Virus record (IMG/VR): IMGVR_UViG_2627854101_000001
Location: 62,001-84,972 of that record
DNA length: 22,972 nucleotides
DNA from: an uncultured virus (IMG/VR IMGVR_UViG_2627854101_000001)
Lineage: Duplodnaviria > Heunggongvirae > Uroviricota > Caudoviricetes
Direction: 5' to 3' (one strand)
Part shown: positions 1 to 9,585 of the stretch, piece by piece
Position numbering within the stretch: position 1 is the stretch's first letter
Layout: every line of letters begins with the position of its first letter
Position numbers and translations under genes: made by a program
Notes under the pieces: model-generated
The model's input: the letters and a program-made list of their open reading frames with translations, nothing else
What the model was told of the DNA's origin: nothing
Database searches by the model: none

Positions 1-45
1 ACAAATGATGTCTTTAGGTGATAAACAAAAAAGGAGCATAGAGCC

Positions 46-519
46 ATGGAAACATTAGATGCACCAATTTACGAGATTAAGCAAGAAAGCGATTGGTATA
101 AAACTGAGAAGAAACGAAGAGAAGGCATTAACAAGTTCTTTGATGAATTCGAAGCAGCCTACGGAATTAAGGATGGTTTTTCGTTTTATAATTCTGAGTA
201 TTTCGGGGTTCGAGCAGGAACAGAAGCATATGTCTTCTTTAAAGATGAAGTGATGAAAAACCCTACAAAAGATGGCTTCTATGCATTTAAAAAACGTTCT
301 AAGTATTTTTCCGAGATTGGGTCTATGCTAGAGAAAGCAGAAGAGGTAAATCCTTTCAAAGGTCATGAGGTACTTGGGAGAAATAATATAGCTGCATACC
401 AATGGATAGGCGATAGATGGTTTTTTAGCGTATGGGATGAAAAACGTGTAGAAGGTGAAGAAGCTACACCTATTGACTATAAAGAGTATCTGAAAATTGT
501 AATGGAGCATTTAGATTAA
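46..519 (+). CDS. Hypothetical phage protein, 157 aa (possibly YosH-like, from memory)
   Basis: ORF with AAAGGAG RBS upstream. Its stop codon forms the left arm of a junction motif. Confidence 0.85.
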   Translation: METLDAPIYEIKQESDWYKTEKKRREGINKFFDEFEAAYGIKDGFSFYNSEYFGVRAGTEAYVFFKDEVMKNPTKDGFYAFKKRSKYFSEIGSMLEKAEEVNPFKGHEVLGRNNIAAYQWIGDRWFFSVWDEKRVEGEEATPIDYKEYLKIVMEHLD

Positions 520-557
520 AATTCAATTTTTAAAGAGACTTTTAAGGAGGTGAAAAA

Positions 558-965
558 GTGGGACGGCATAAAGCAACATTTGAGGGTAAGGTAATTAAGA
601 AAAGTTGGACATTAGACCTGTGTGATGCCCTTGTCCCAATTGAGAAGCAATGTAGATACCAGCCATTTTTTGAAGGGATCATCGACTTAGATCCAATTGA
701 AGTCGGAGGGAAAGTGTATATCCCAGGGTTTAACGAATACGTAGTCGTAACAGACAGGCAGCGCAACACAAAAAATGAATGGGCATATCAGACTGACAAG
801 GTAATTAAAACAATTGAAGATAAAGAGAGCCTTGAAAAAGCGATTCAAACACAAGAAAAAATACAGAAATGGAATCAACAAGTTAAAGAAAAATATGAAC
901 GCTTTAAAGAGGAAGGAGAAAAACGTAAAGCTTCTTGGTGGAAGAGGCTAATTAAAAAAGACTAA
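558..965 (+). CDS. Hypothetical phage protein, 135 aa (YosD-like)
   Basis: GTG start after a perfect AAGGAGGTG RBS; charged helical C-terminus ending SWWKRLIKKD. Confidence 0.85.
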   Translation: MGRHKATFEGKVIKKSWTLDLCDALVPIEKQCRYQPFFEGIIDLDPIEVGGKVYIPGFNEYVVVTDRQRNTKNEWAYQTDKVIKTIEDKESLEKAIQTQEKIQKWNQQVKEKYERFKEEGEKRKASWWKRLIKKD

Positions 966-979
966 AGGAGAGATATTTA

Positions 980-1327
980 TTGAATAAGAATACAAAAGAT
1001 ATTTGGAACGGTTTCTTTATCGGATCAGGTTCTCTGATTGTAGTTGGGTTACTCATTTTTGTTGAAGCATTGACTATGTCACTAGTTGTCTATTATGGAT
1101 TGAATCACGTGTTAAACCCATTGCTTATTGATACATACAGTATTCAAAATGTTCATGTCACTTTACCTCATTCATTTGTTATTGGTGTTTTACTCAACGT
1201 ATTTGTCAAAGGTGTAAAACGGTCAGATCAGGAAAAAGATGAGAACATTTTCAAGAAAGCCGGTAAGTCTTTACTTCATTCAGCTTTCGCACTGATCGTT
1301 CTGTATGTGAGCACACTGTTTATCTAA
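980..1327 (+). CDS. Membrane protein, 115 aa (YosE-like)
   Basis: TTG start after AAAGGAG; three hydrophobic segments. Confidence 0.85.
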   Translation: MNKNTKDIWNGFFIGSGSLIVVGLLIFVEALTMSLVVYYGLNHVLNPLLIDTYSIQNVHVTLPHSFVIGVLLNVFVKGVKRSDQEKDENIFKKAGKSLLHSAFALIVLYVSTLFI

Positions 1328-1344
1328 CGAGGAGAAACAAATAC

Positions 1345-1662
1345 ATGGAGGGTGATGTTATGGAATTAACAAAGAAGATTACAACGGTTAGAGGTACATA
1401 TGAAATTAAATTATCCGTTAAAGAAGGGGAAGTTTTACGATGGCATATTTTAGAATGGGAGGTTAAGGATTTTATTACGAAAAATACATTAGCTGCAGGC
1501 AATCAAGTTCCGGGGTTAATCATATACACAGGTTTAAGAAAATGGAGTCTAATTGAACAAGTTAAAAAAATTATTGGAAAAGTAGAAGCAGATGAATTGC
1601 GACATAAGGAAAAGAACGAGGATATTGAAGAATTTAATGACTGGAACGGAGTTCTTGTTTAA
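1345..1662 (+). CDS. Hypothetical phage protein (alternative start at 1360)
   Basis: GAGGAG precedes 1345 and GGAGGGTGA precedes ATG 1360. Confidence 0.8.
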   Translation: MEGDVMELTKKITTVRGTYEIKLSVKEGEVLRWHILEWEVKDFITKNTLAAGNQVPGLIIYTGLRKWSLIEQVKKIIGKVEADELRHKEKNEDIEEFNDWNGVLV

Positions 1663-1706
1663 TCGGTTAAAAGTTTTATTTTATCTAAACAGAGGGGGAA
1701 CTAAAT

Positions 1707-2204
1707 ATAGAGACTAAAACAAATTTTAACCAGGGGGTATTTTTTAACCCAGAGGAACGAACAGATGTCTGGGCAACCCCAATTGACTTTTTTAATAAAA
1801 TCAATGAAAGGTATAAATTAAATCTTGATGTGTGTGCCAAGCCATCAAACGCTAAGTGTAAAAACTTCTTTACTCCTGAAATTGATGGTTTGAAACAAAA
1901 ATGGGTTGGCAGGGTATGGATGAATCCCCCATATGGAAGGGAAATTAAAAAGTGGATTAAAAAAGCTTATGAAGAAGTTGAAAATGGGAATTCAGAAATT
2001 GCAGTTTGTCTTGTTCCTGCAAGAACTTGTTCTGCTTGGTGGCATGAATACTGTATGAAAGGTGAAATCTTATTCATTAGACACAGACTAAAGTTTGGAG
2101 GGAGTAAAATTAATGCTCCATTCCCTAATGCACTAGTCATCTTCAGTAATGAGCATGTGAATACATATAAAGCTATTGATAGAGAGGGCAACTTAGTTAT
2201 TTAA
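1707..2204 (+). CDS. Phage DNA N6-adenine methyltransferase (Dam-like, small phage family), probable ATA start
   Basis: NPPY catalytic motif plus LDVCA, DGLKQKW, LVPART and RLKFGG...APFP. The conserved WATP..FF segment lies upstream of the GTG at 1830. The frame is open back to ATA 1707, 8 nt after GAGGGGG. Confidence 0.88.
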   Translation: METKTNFNQGVFFNPEERTDVWATPIDFFNKINERYKLNLDVCAKPSNAKCKNFFTPEIDGLKQKWVGRVWMNPPYGREIKKWIKKAYEEVENGNSEIAVCLVPARTCSAWWHEYCMKGEILFIRHRLKFGGSKINAPFPNALVIFSNEHVNTYKAIDREGNLVI

Positions 2205-2251
2205 ATAAAAAAGTGTGGCTTTAAACCAATTTTGCAAAAGGAGATTCAGAT

Positions 2252-2605
2252 ATGATTTTAAAGGAAATCTCTGTTTATAAAGAAAAATTTAATAATTATT
2301 TACCGAAGGAAACGAAAATTGTCCTTCACTGCAAGAACATTGAAGCTGTTGAGGATGGGGACAAAATCATAATAAACACTGGTAAGGATTCATTAGCTTT
2401 TAAAGTGTTTGGTTTAGACGGAACACATACAGACACATTGAAAATGAAATTGACAAGCTATGAGGGAGAAACAAAAGTGATCAAGGTGAACGTAGATAAA
2501 ATTAAATTCAACACAGATGGAGACTTGGCAGTTAAATTAGAGTTTAAAGCACTTAGTTCATTAGGGGACGACATAGGCGAACCTGGAATTTATTCATTAC
2601 ATTAA
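2252..2605 (+). CDS. Hypothetical protein, 117 aa
   Basis: ATG after AAAGGAG; its stop is part of a junction motif. Confidence 0.8.
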   Translation: MILKEISVYKEKFNNYLPKETKIVLHCKNIEAVEDGDKIIINTGKDSLAFKVFGLDGTHTDTLKMKLTSYEGETKVIKVNVDKIKFNTDGDLAVKLEFKALSSLGDDIGEPGIYSLH

Positions 2606-2633
2606 AAGGATGATTTTAAGGAGTTGATTAGAC

Positions 2634-2930
2634 ATTAGTATAAGTCAAAGGCAGTCTCAACGTATTCGAGAAGCTCTGATAAATTCAAACACAACTGCTG
2701 AGGAAATTGGAATGGATAAGGCATTATCAGAAGTTCTCAATCTATTCAAGAGAAGAATTTTGGAGCTGGAAACTTTGTATTATCCAGAGTGGGAATATGA
2801 AAATGCAAAAGTGAAGCTTGAAGAGCTTAGAGAAATGGTGAATAGAATTAATGCACTTCGAGGAACCGGGAAGGATGAACAAAGTGAATTTGAAAATGCA
2901 GGAAGCGGTTTTACATCTAAACAAATATGA
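2634..2930 (+). CDS. Hypothetical protein; start uncertain (ATT 2634 by RBS position, first ATG 2712)
   Basis: AAGGAG at 2618-2623; frame open from 2628 to 2930. Confidence 0.65.
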   Translation: MSISQRQSQRIREALINSNTTAEEIGMDKALSEVLNLFKRRILELETLYYPEWEYENAKVKLEELREMVNRINALRGTGKDEQSEFENAGSGFTSKQI

Positions 2931-3192
2931 CAGCAGTTCAAAAAGTGCTCAAGATGCACAGAAGTTGTTGAATGCTTTGAAGGATACATACGATGTAGTC
3001 GGTTGTCGGTTTAGACATTATAAAGGCGGTCTTTATAAGGTTATTGGAGAGGTCATTCACACTGAAACAGAAGAAAAGCTGGTTACATATGAAGACCAAG
3101 ACGGATTACTTTGGGCAAGACCTAAAGAAATGTTCTTTGGAAATGTGGCTGTTGAAGGTAAAGAGATTAAGAGGTTCACAAAAATAAATTAA
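2875..3192 (+). CDS. DUF1653-family protein
   Basis: Signature G.RFRHYKGGLYKVIG...HTETEEKLV.Y...LWARP..MF. Start chosen at ATG 2875 after a purine-rich RBS-like stretch. Confidence 0.82.
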   Translation: MNKVNLKMQEAVLHLNKYDSSSKSAQDAQKLLNALKDTYDVVGCRFRHYKGGLYKVIGEVIHTETEEKLVTYEDQDGLLWARPKEMFFGNVAVEGKEIKRFTKIN

Positions 3193-3205
3193 AAGGATGA
3201 TGACA

Positions 3206-3538
3206 ATGAATAAAAAACACGGACTTTATTGCATGGGAACACTTGTTGGCACTTATGATGATGCTATTGAGGCTCATAAAGATGCTGTGTACGCTCAAGA
3301 AGAAAGCGGATTACCGCATGAGGTAAGAGAGATTGATGAAGTAGCTGATTTAAACGAATTTAAATTTAAGCTATCAGAAGAAGCTATTGCTGTAGTCAGC
3401 AATACTGTATACACAGCAAGAATGAATCATAATACTGAACAATTCGAAATAACTGACACTACAACCGACAGTACTCTTACTTATACAAAATCAGAAATAG
3501 ACAAGTACATCAAAAACAATGTTTTGGTTTTAGTTTAA
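3206..3538 (+). CDS. Hypothetical phage protein
   Basis: ORF 3197..3538; ATG 3206 is best spaced from AAAGGA. Confidence 0.78.
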   Translation: MNKKHGLYCMGTLVGTYDDAIEAHKDAVYAQEESGLPHEVREIDEVADLNEFKFKLSEEAIAVVSNTVYTARMNHNTEQFEITDTTTDSTLTYTKSEIDKYIKNNVLVLV

Positions 3539-3572
3539 ATAAAATCACAGTTTCATAGGAAGGGGACGCAAA

Positions 3573-3722
3573 ATGAGTGTAGCAAGGAAGTGGAGAGATC
3601 TAAGAAGTAAATTAATTGGATATAAGGCATTCGGTAAGTTTAGTGATGTTGTTATTGACCATATTCTCAATGATATGAATGAGTTAGATGTAAGACATGA
3701 AAAAGATAAAAACAAAAAATAA
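3573..3722 (+). CDS. Small hypothetical protein, 49 aa (MSVARKWRDLRSKLIGYKAF...)
   Basis: Read manually: GGAAGGGG RBS, ATG 3573, TAA 3720-3722; fills the gap between neighbours. Confidence 0.72.
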   Translation: MSVARKWRDLRSKLIGYKAFGKFSDVVIDHILNDMNELDVRHEKDKNKK

Positions 3723-3740
3723 AGAAAAGGGAGTTGTGGA

Positions 3741-4091
3741 ATGGGAGCTGCTAAACAGTTGTACGTTAAGCGCAGTCACTTTGTAACCTTGGATGAAGCA
3801 AAAGAAAATACGCAAGTACATATGAAAAATGGTGGTTCATACACTGCTTTAAAAGGCGAACTGATTGCGACCAATCTTGAAGGGGATCAAATGGTTATCA
3901 CGCAAGAGCAGAAGGATAACTACATTCCAGTACCGATGACAGAGCTATCAGACTATGAAGCTCAAATGGCCAAAGGTTATGCTGAGATGGCTGAGATCAA
4001 TTTAGAAATGTCTGAAGCATTCCATCATGCTGAAAATGAAGCAGAAACAACCACGAACAGCTTAGTTAACGGGGAATATAAAGAGTATTGA
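3741..4091 (+). CDS. Hypothetical phage protein, 116 aa (YosL-like by position)
   Basis: AAAGGGAG RBS; overlaps the nrdI start (TTGA). Confidence 0.82.
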   Translation: MGAAKQLYVKRSHFVTLDEAKENTQVHMKNGGSYTALKGELIATNLEGDQMVITQEQKDNYIPVPMTELSDYEAQMAKGYAEMAEINLEMSEAFHHAENEAETTTNSLVNGEYKEY

Positions 4092-4483
4092 TTATTACAT
4101 ATGAAAGCAAGACAGGAAACGTGAAAAGATTTGCTCAAGCACTGCAAAGGGAGTTAAACTTCGACATCATTGAAATTACAGATGATTTAATTGTGGAAGA
4201 AGAATTCATACATATTACATATACGATAGGCTTTGGGGAAATACCTGAAAGGACTTTGAATTTTATTATTAAGAATAAAAATAAAATAAAAGGAGTTGCT
4301 GTGAGTGGTAACAAGGTTTGGGGTGATAACTATGGTCTAGCTGGGGACAAACTTTCAGCAATGTTCCACGTACCATTGTTATTAAAATTTGAACTAAGTG
4401 GAACAAAACTAGATTTGCAGAAGATTAATCGGGAGGTACAACTTATTGACAAACACAATACCAAAGTGGATCAAGCTCAATAA
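4088..4483 (+). CDS. nrdI: Class Ib ribonucleotide reductase flavodoxin NrdI
   Basis: YESKTGNVKRF, TYTIGFGEIP, GVAVSGNKVWG and LLKFELSGT motifs. Confidence 0.97.
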   Translation: MIITYESKTGNVKRFAQALQRELNFDIIEITDDLIVEEEFIHITYTIGFGEIPERTLNFIIKNKNKIKGVAVSGNKVWGDNYGLAGDKLSAMFHVPLLLKFELSGTKLDLQKINREVQLIDKHNTKVDQAQ

Positions 4484-5588
4484 TGAGATCATGATTCAGA
4501 AAGACGGGAAGTTTCAATTTGAGAAGGATAAGGAGGCAGTACACAGTTACTTTGTAGATTATATTAATCAAAACACAGTCTTTTTCCATGACTTAAAAGA
4601 GAAACTGGATTATCTGATTAAAAATGATTATTACGAAGAAGAATTCTTAAGCGAATATACATTTGAGCAGATTAAATCAATTTATAAGATTGCTTACAGT
4701 TACAAATTCAGATTCCCTTCTTTCATGAGTGCTTTCAAGTTCTACAATGACTATGCATTGAAGACAAACGATAAAACAAAGATCCTAGAGAGATATGAGG
4801 ATCGTGTCTCAATTGTAGCTTTGTATTGTGCAGATGGTGATTATGATAAGGCTATTGAGGAAGTACACGCCATGATGAAACAAGAGTATCAGCCGGCAAC
4901 GCCTACTTTCCTTAATGCAGGACGTAAGCGAAGAGGTGAAATGGTAAGCTGTTTCTTGCTTGAAGTGGGAGACAGTTTGAATGATATTTCACGGGCGATC
5001 GATATTTCCATGCAGCTGTCTAAAGTGGGCGGCGGCGTTGCATTAAACCTAAGCAAATTACGAGCCAAGGGTGAAGCGATTAAAGACGTAGAGAATGCAA
5101 CTAAAGGCGTCGTAGGTGTTATGAAACTATTGGATAATGCTTTTAGATATGCAGATCAAATGGGACAAAGGCAAGGGTCTGGAGCAGCTTATCTAAATGT
5201 ATTCCATCCAGATATTACAGACGTCCTTGATACCAAAAAAATAAGTGCTGATGAAGATGTCCGAGTTAAAACACTATCTATTGGGGTAGTTGTTCCTGAT
5301 AAATTCATTGAATTGGCAAGAGAAGATAAGGATTTTTACATGTTCTATCCTCATTCAGTATACAAAGAATATGGGCAGTATCTTGATGAGATGGACATCA
5401 ATAAAATGTATGATGAACTTGTTGAAAACCCTAAAGTTAGGAAAACAAAGGGGAATGCTCGAAAGCTATTGGAGCAATTGGCCATTCTAAGAAGCGAATC
5501 TGGCTATCCTTATATCATGTTTGCTGACAATGTAAATAAAGTGCATCCAAATGAACATATTTCAAAAGTGAAGTTTTCTAATTTGTGT
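4446..5588 (+). CDS. nrdE: Class Ib ribonucleotide reductase alpha subunit, exon 1
   Basis: PATPTFLNAG, VSCFLL and GGGVALNLSKLR motifs; ends at FSNLC, the thiyl-radical cysteine. Confidence 0.97.
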
Positions 5589-5868
5589 TAACTGTAGCAC
5601 CTTCGGTCAGCAATGATCGTAGCAAACCCGTCTAAACGGTGAAACTCTATTCAATAGACAATACCGTGCTAAACCGCACCTTGCGGAAATGCCGAACGAC
5701 TATCGAAACCACGCATAAGCGTAAGGGAGTAGAGTACATCGCAAGCATATGGCGATGGAAACGGCGGGCGGCCTTATAGGTCGATGATATAGTCTATTCT
5801 TACGAGTGATCGTAAGCAGTTCATAAGAGAACGGACGAGAGTGTTGCGCCTTTCGTTGAATATAAAAG
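5589..5868 (+). ncRNA. ORF-less group I self-splicing intron, 280 nt
   Basis: Exon ends in U5588, which pairs with G5597 in P1 (GUGU/GCAC). P7 strands GACTA 5698-5702 and TAGTC 5790-5794; terminal G5868. Removal restores NLC-SEVLQ in frame. Confidence 0.95.
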
Positions 5869-6825
5869 TCAGAGGTGCTCCAAGCGTCACAAGTGTCAGT
5901 CTATACAGATTACGATCAGGAAGATGAAATTGGATTAGATATTTCATGTAATCTTGGATCCATGAACATTGTAAACGTAATGAGTAATCAATCAATTGCC
6001 TCAACGGTCAGAATCGCAGTTGACTCATTGACAACTGTTACAAGAAAAACAAACATTGTTAATGCCCCAGCTGTTGCGAGAGCAAATACACTAATGCGAT
6101 CAATTGGTCTAGGGCAGATGAACCTGCATGGTTTTCTAGCTCAAAATAAAATCGCTTATGAAAGTGAAGAGGCTAAGGACTTTGCAAATACATACTTTAT
6201 GATGGTTAACTTCTACTCCCTGCAACGTTCAATGGAAATTGCAAGAGAAACAGGGGAGACGTACTACAAGTTTGATGGATCAACTTACAAATCAGGCGAG
6301 TATTTTGATAAGTACGTGACAATTGATTATAGCCCTAAATATGAAAAGGTCAAAATCCTGTTTGGAGATCAACATATTCCTAACATTGAAGATTGGACGA
6401 AGCTTAAAGAGGATGTCATGAAATATGGCTTGTATCATTCATATAGGCAAGCTGTTGCACCTACTGGAAGCATCTCATATGTTCAATCATCTACAGCCGG
6501 TGTAATGCCTATTATGGAGAGAATTGAGGAACGTACATACGGAAACAGTAAGACATATTATCCGATGCCAGGTTTATCGGCTCAGAATTGGTTCTTCTAT
6601 AAGGAAGCATACGACATGGATATGTTTAAGGTAGTTGATCTTATTGCAACAATTCAGCAGCACGTCGACCAAGGAATTTCTTTTACGTTGTTCTTAAGGG
6701 ATACGATGACGACAAGAGATTTAAACCGGATCGACTTATATGCGCATCATAAAGGAATTAAGACGCTGTATTATGCTCGAACGAAGGATACAACACAAGA
6801 GGGTTGCCTTAGTTGTGTAGTGTAG
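5869..6825 (+). CDS. nrdE: Class Ib ribonucleotide reductase alpha subunit, exon 2 (spliced product 699 aa)
   Basis: SEVLQ, ISCNLGS, AVAPTGSIS, KTLYY and C-terminal CLSCVV. Confidence 0.97.
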   Translation, partial: SEVLQASQVSVYTDYDQEDEIGLDISCNLGSMNIVNVMSNQSIASTVRIAVDSLTTVTRKTNIVNAPAVARANTLMRSIGLGQMNLHGFLAQNKIAYESEEAKDFANTYFMMVNFYSLQRSMEIARETGETYYKFDGSTYKSGEYFDKYVTIDYSPKYEKVKILFGDQHIPNIEDWTKLKEDVMKYGLYHSYRQAVAPTGSISYVQSSTAGVMPIMERIEERTYGNSKTYYPMPGLSAQNWFFYKEAYDMDMFKVVDLIATIQQHVDQGISFTLFLRDTMTTRDLNRIDLYAHHKGIKTLYYARTKDTTQEGCLSCVV

Positions 6826-6838
6826 GAGGTCAGATTCT

Positions 6839-7354
6839 ATAAAAAACAAATATGAAATCAGAGGCGACACTACAGCCATATTTATTGAGAGTGAAAAATT
6901 TGGATTGATAGAAACAATAATTGCTACAGAAGATTTACCAAAAGCCCAAGAAATTGAAGGTTGGTGGTGCGTTAGTTGGGATTCTTGCATTAAAAACTTT
7001 TATGTGAGAGGAAACAAAAAAGTGAAAGATGGTGTTTGGAAAAAGGTTAGACTTCACAGATGGTTGATGGGAGTGACTGATCCAAAAACGCAAGTTGACC
7101 ATATGTTACGAGATACTTTAGATAATTGTCGATGGGCTTTACGTATTGTATCAGCATCTGAAAATAGCCAAAACAGAAGAGTTCCTTCAAACAACACTAG
7201 TGGACATAGGGGTGTCTATTGGAATAGCAATAGGCAAATGTGGGAAGCGAGGATAGACGCAAATCGAAAAACGATATACTTAGGTTATTTCAGCAATAAA
7301 TCCGATGCTGCCAGAGTAAGAAAAGAAGCAGAGGAGAAGTATTGGATTATTTAG
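6839..7354 (+). CDS. Free-standing HNH endonuclease with C-terminal AP2 DNA-binding domain, probable ATA start
   Basis: LHRWLM...VDH...DN...EN..N HNH-type motif; [10 protein letters not shown]...WEARI...YLGYF AP2 motif. AGGAGGT 6824-6830 lies 8 nt before an in-frame ATA. Confidence 0.9.
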   Translation: MKNKYEIRGDTTAIFIESEKFGLIETIIATEDLPKAQEIEGWWCVSWDSCIKNFYVRGNKKVKDGVWKKVRLHRWLMGVTDPKTQVDHMLRDTLDNCRWALRIVSASENSQNRRVPSNNTSGHRGVYWNSNRQMWEARIDANRKTIYLGYFSNKSDAARVRKEAEEKYWII

Positions 7355-7365
7355 GAGGAACAAAA

Positions 7366-7961
7366 TTGACAAATTACACAGCAGCAAACTGGTCAAAGCA
7401 TGAAGATGATTTCACCCAAATGTTTTACAACCAAAACGTAAAGCAGTTTTGGCTTCCGGAAGAGATCGCATTAAACGGCGATCTTCTCACTTGGAAGTAT
7501 CTTGGAACAAAGGAACAAGATACTTATATGAAAGTTTTAGCTGGGCTTACATTATTGGACACAGAGCAGGGGAACACAGGCATGCCGATTGTGGCCGAGC
7601 ACGTCGAAGGCCATCAGCGAAAAGCAGTATTAAACTTTATGGCGATGATGGAAAACGCGGTGCACGCAAAATCTTACAGCAACATCTTTCTAACTTTGGC
7701 TCCAACCGAGAAGATCAATGAAGTGTTTGATTGGGTGAAAAACAATAAGTTTCTTCAAAAGAAAGCAAGAACAATTGTTTCAATTTATAAAGCAGTTCAG
7801 AAAAACGATGAAATTTCCTTATTCAAAGCAATGGTTGCATCTGTGTTTCTGGAGAGTTTCCTTTTCTATTCAGGGTTTTATTATCCACTTTACTTTTATG
7901 GACAAGGGAAGCTCATGCAGAGCGGGGAAATTGTAAATTTAATTATCCGTGACGAAGCCAT
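7366..7961 (+). CDS. nrdF: Class Ib ribonucleotide reductase beta subunit, exon 1
   Basis: TTG after [31 protein letters not shown] and [10 protein letters not shown]; ends IRDEA plus AT. Confidence 0.96.
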
Positions 7962-8949
7962 TAAGTGCTAGTGGCATTTAGCAGTAATGTTAAATGAAAA
8001 CCTATCTAAAAAGGGGAAGTCTTATAGCTAAGATAATCCTTTGCTAAATTCTAATCATCATTAAATTCAATATTTAGGAGTGTTGCCTTGTATTATGTCT
8101 ATATGATAATGAATAAACAAAATAAGAAGATTTACATTGGCTTAACCAAAAATGTTAACAACGCTGACGATAGATTTAAACAACATATTCGCTATTTAAA
8201 AGGAAACTATCATCATAATCATAAATTGCAAAGAGACTTTAACTTGCATAAATGCACTGATATGTATACACATCACTTATTATGCAAATGTTCTAGCATC
8301 AAACTTGCTGAAAAAATGGAGAAGTTTTTCATTGCATACTATAACAGTAAATATTGTGGATTTAACCTAAATGACGGCGGGCTTTCAAATAAAGGATACA
8401 AGCAATCTGATTATGCAAAAAAGGTTGCAAGTGAAGTTCACTCTAAGCTAATTGGAGAAAAAAATCCTTTCTTTGGAAGACGACATTCTGAGAAAACAAA
8501 AATGATTATTTCTAAAAAGAACAAAGGGAGAAATAAAGGTATCCCTAAGAGCGATAGTCATATAAAGAAAATGATTGAAAATAATGCTAGAGCAAAAAAA
8601 GTCTTCGTTGGCGGTCAAATATACAGCAGTTGTTCGCAAGCTCAATTACATACGGGCATAGATAGGAAGAAAATATCAAAGCTTGCATCAGACGATTCAA
8701 TAACAAACATATACTTTATAAAATAAAAACAATTTTAATGATGATTAGATAAATGCCCAACGACTATTCCATTGGCGGTGGAATTCCGCAACAGAAGTAG
8801 GGCGCAAGTGATTGGCGTGGGTGAGAATCCCTTAAATCGAAACGGTAGGAATCCTAAATTAGGATTGTGATATAGTCTGCTCTGCATGGCGACATGCAGC
8901 TGTGGTTAGTCCACGCTTTAAGTATAGCGAACTTAAGGGAACATCAAGG
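7962..8949 (+). mobile_element. Group I intron, 988 nt, carrying a homing endonuclease ORF
   Basis: P1 GCCAU/GUGGC with U7961.G7971; AACGACTA 8759-8766 and GATATAGTC 8869-8877; terminal G8949. Splicing gives AT|A CAC, restoring DEAIHG in frame. Confidence 0.95.
8088..8726 (+). CDS. Intron-encoded GIY-YIG homing endonuclease with NUMOD3-type DNA-binding region
   Basis: YVY-x10-YIG motif, RFKQH, E..FI, GFNL and GEKNPFFGRRHSEKTK; AGGAG RBS and TTG start. Confidence 0.92.
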   Translation: MYYVYMIMNKQNKKIYIGLTKNVNNADDRFKQHIRYLKGNYHHNHKLQRDFNLHKCTDMYTHHLLCKCSSIKLAEKMEKFFIAYYNSKYCGFNLNDGGLSNKGYKQSDYAKKVASEVHSKLIGEKNPFFGRRHSEKTKMIISKKNKGRNKGIPKSDSHIKKMIENNARAKKVFVGGQIYSSCSQAQLHTGIDRKKISKLASDDSITNIYFIK

Positions 8950-9340
8950 ACACGGTGTATATATCGGTTTATTAGCTCAAGAGATATACAAGAAACAAAC
9001 TCCTAACAAGCAAAAAGAACTGTATGCATGGGCTTTAAGATTTTTACAGGAGCTTTATGAAAATGAATTGGAGTATACAGAAGATGTTTATGATCAGGTT
9101 GGTTTAGCTCCAGATGTGAAGAAATTCATCAGATACAATGCGAATAAAGCTTTAAACAATCTTGGATTCGATCATTGGTTTGAAGAAGAGGATGTTAATC
9201 CAATTGTTATTAATGGATTGAGCACAAAGACTAAATCCCATGACTTCTTTTCAACTAAAGGAAATGGATACAAAAAAGCAACTGTTGAGCCATTAAGGGA
9301 TTCTGATTTCATTTTTACCGAGAAAGGATGTATTCAATGA
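8950..9340 (+). CDS. nrdF: Class Ib ribonucleotide reductase beta subunit, exon 2 (spliced product 328 aa)
   Basis: [20 protein letters not shown] and [11 protein letters not shown]. Confidence 0.96.
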
Positions 9341-9585
9341 GATTAATTAAATTAGAGCAGCCTAATTGCAATCCGTGTAAAACGGTGTCCAATTACTTAA
9401 AACAAGCAAATATTCATTTTGAGACAGTTGACGTTACACAGGAACCAGAAGTAGCAGCAAGATTTGGTGTCATGGGAGTACCGGTAACCATTCTTCTGAG
9501 TGAACAAGGAGAAGAAGTAAAGCGGAGTATTGGCTTTAAGCCAGGTGAGTTAGACGCCTTAATAAGTGATTCAAGGGTTCAATAA
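9337..9585 (+). CDS. yosR: Thioredoxin/NrdH-like redoxin (YosR-like)
   Basis: CNPC active site and GVP cis-Pro motif; ATGA coupling to the nrdF stop. Confidence 0.9.
   Translation: MRLIKLEQPNCNPCKTVSNYLKQANIHFETVDVTQEPEVAARFGVMGVPVTILLSEQGEEVKRSIGFKPGELDALISDSRVQ

Noticed and set aside
1707..2605. MTase plus downstream ORF as a restriction-modification pair
   Set aside because: The 117-aa ORF has no nuclease motif I can recognise, and this MTase family is normally orphan.
4446..6825. nrdE as a pseudogene or two genes, or containing an intein
   Set aside because: The interruption has group I hallmarks, and splicing restores a normal 699-aa protein with no extra domain.
8894..8949. N-terminal extension [19 protein letters not shown] of the 148-aa ORF
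   Set aside because: This is intron 3' sequence read in frame with nrdF exon 2.
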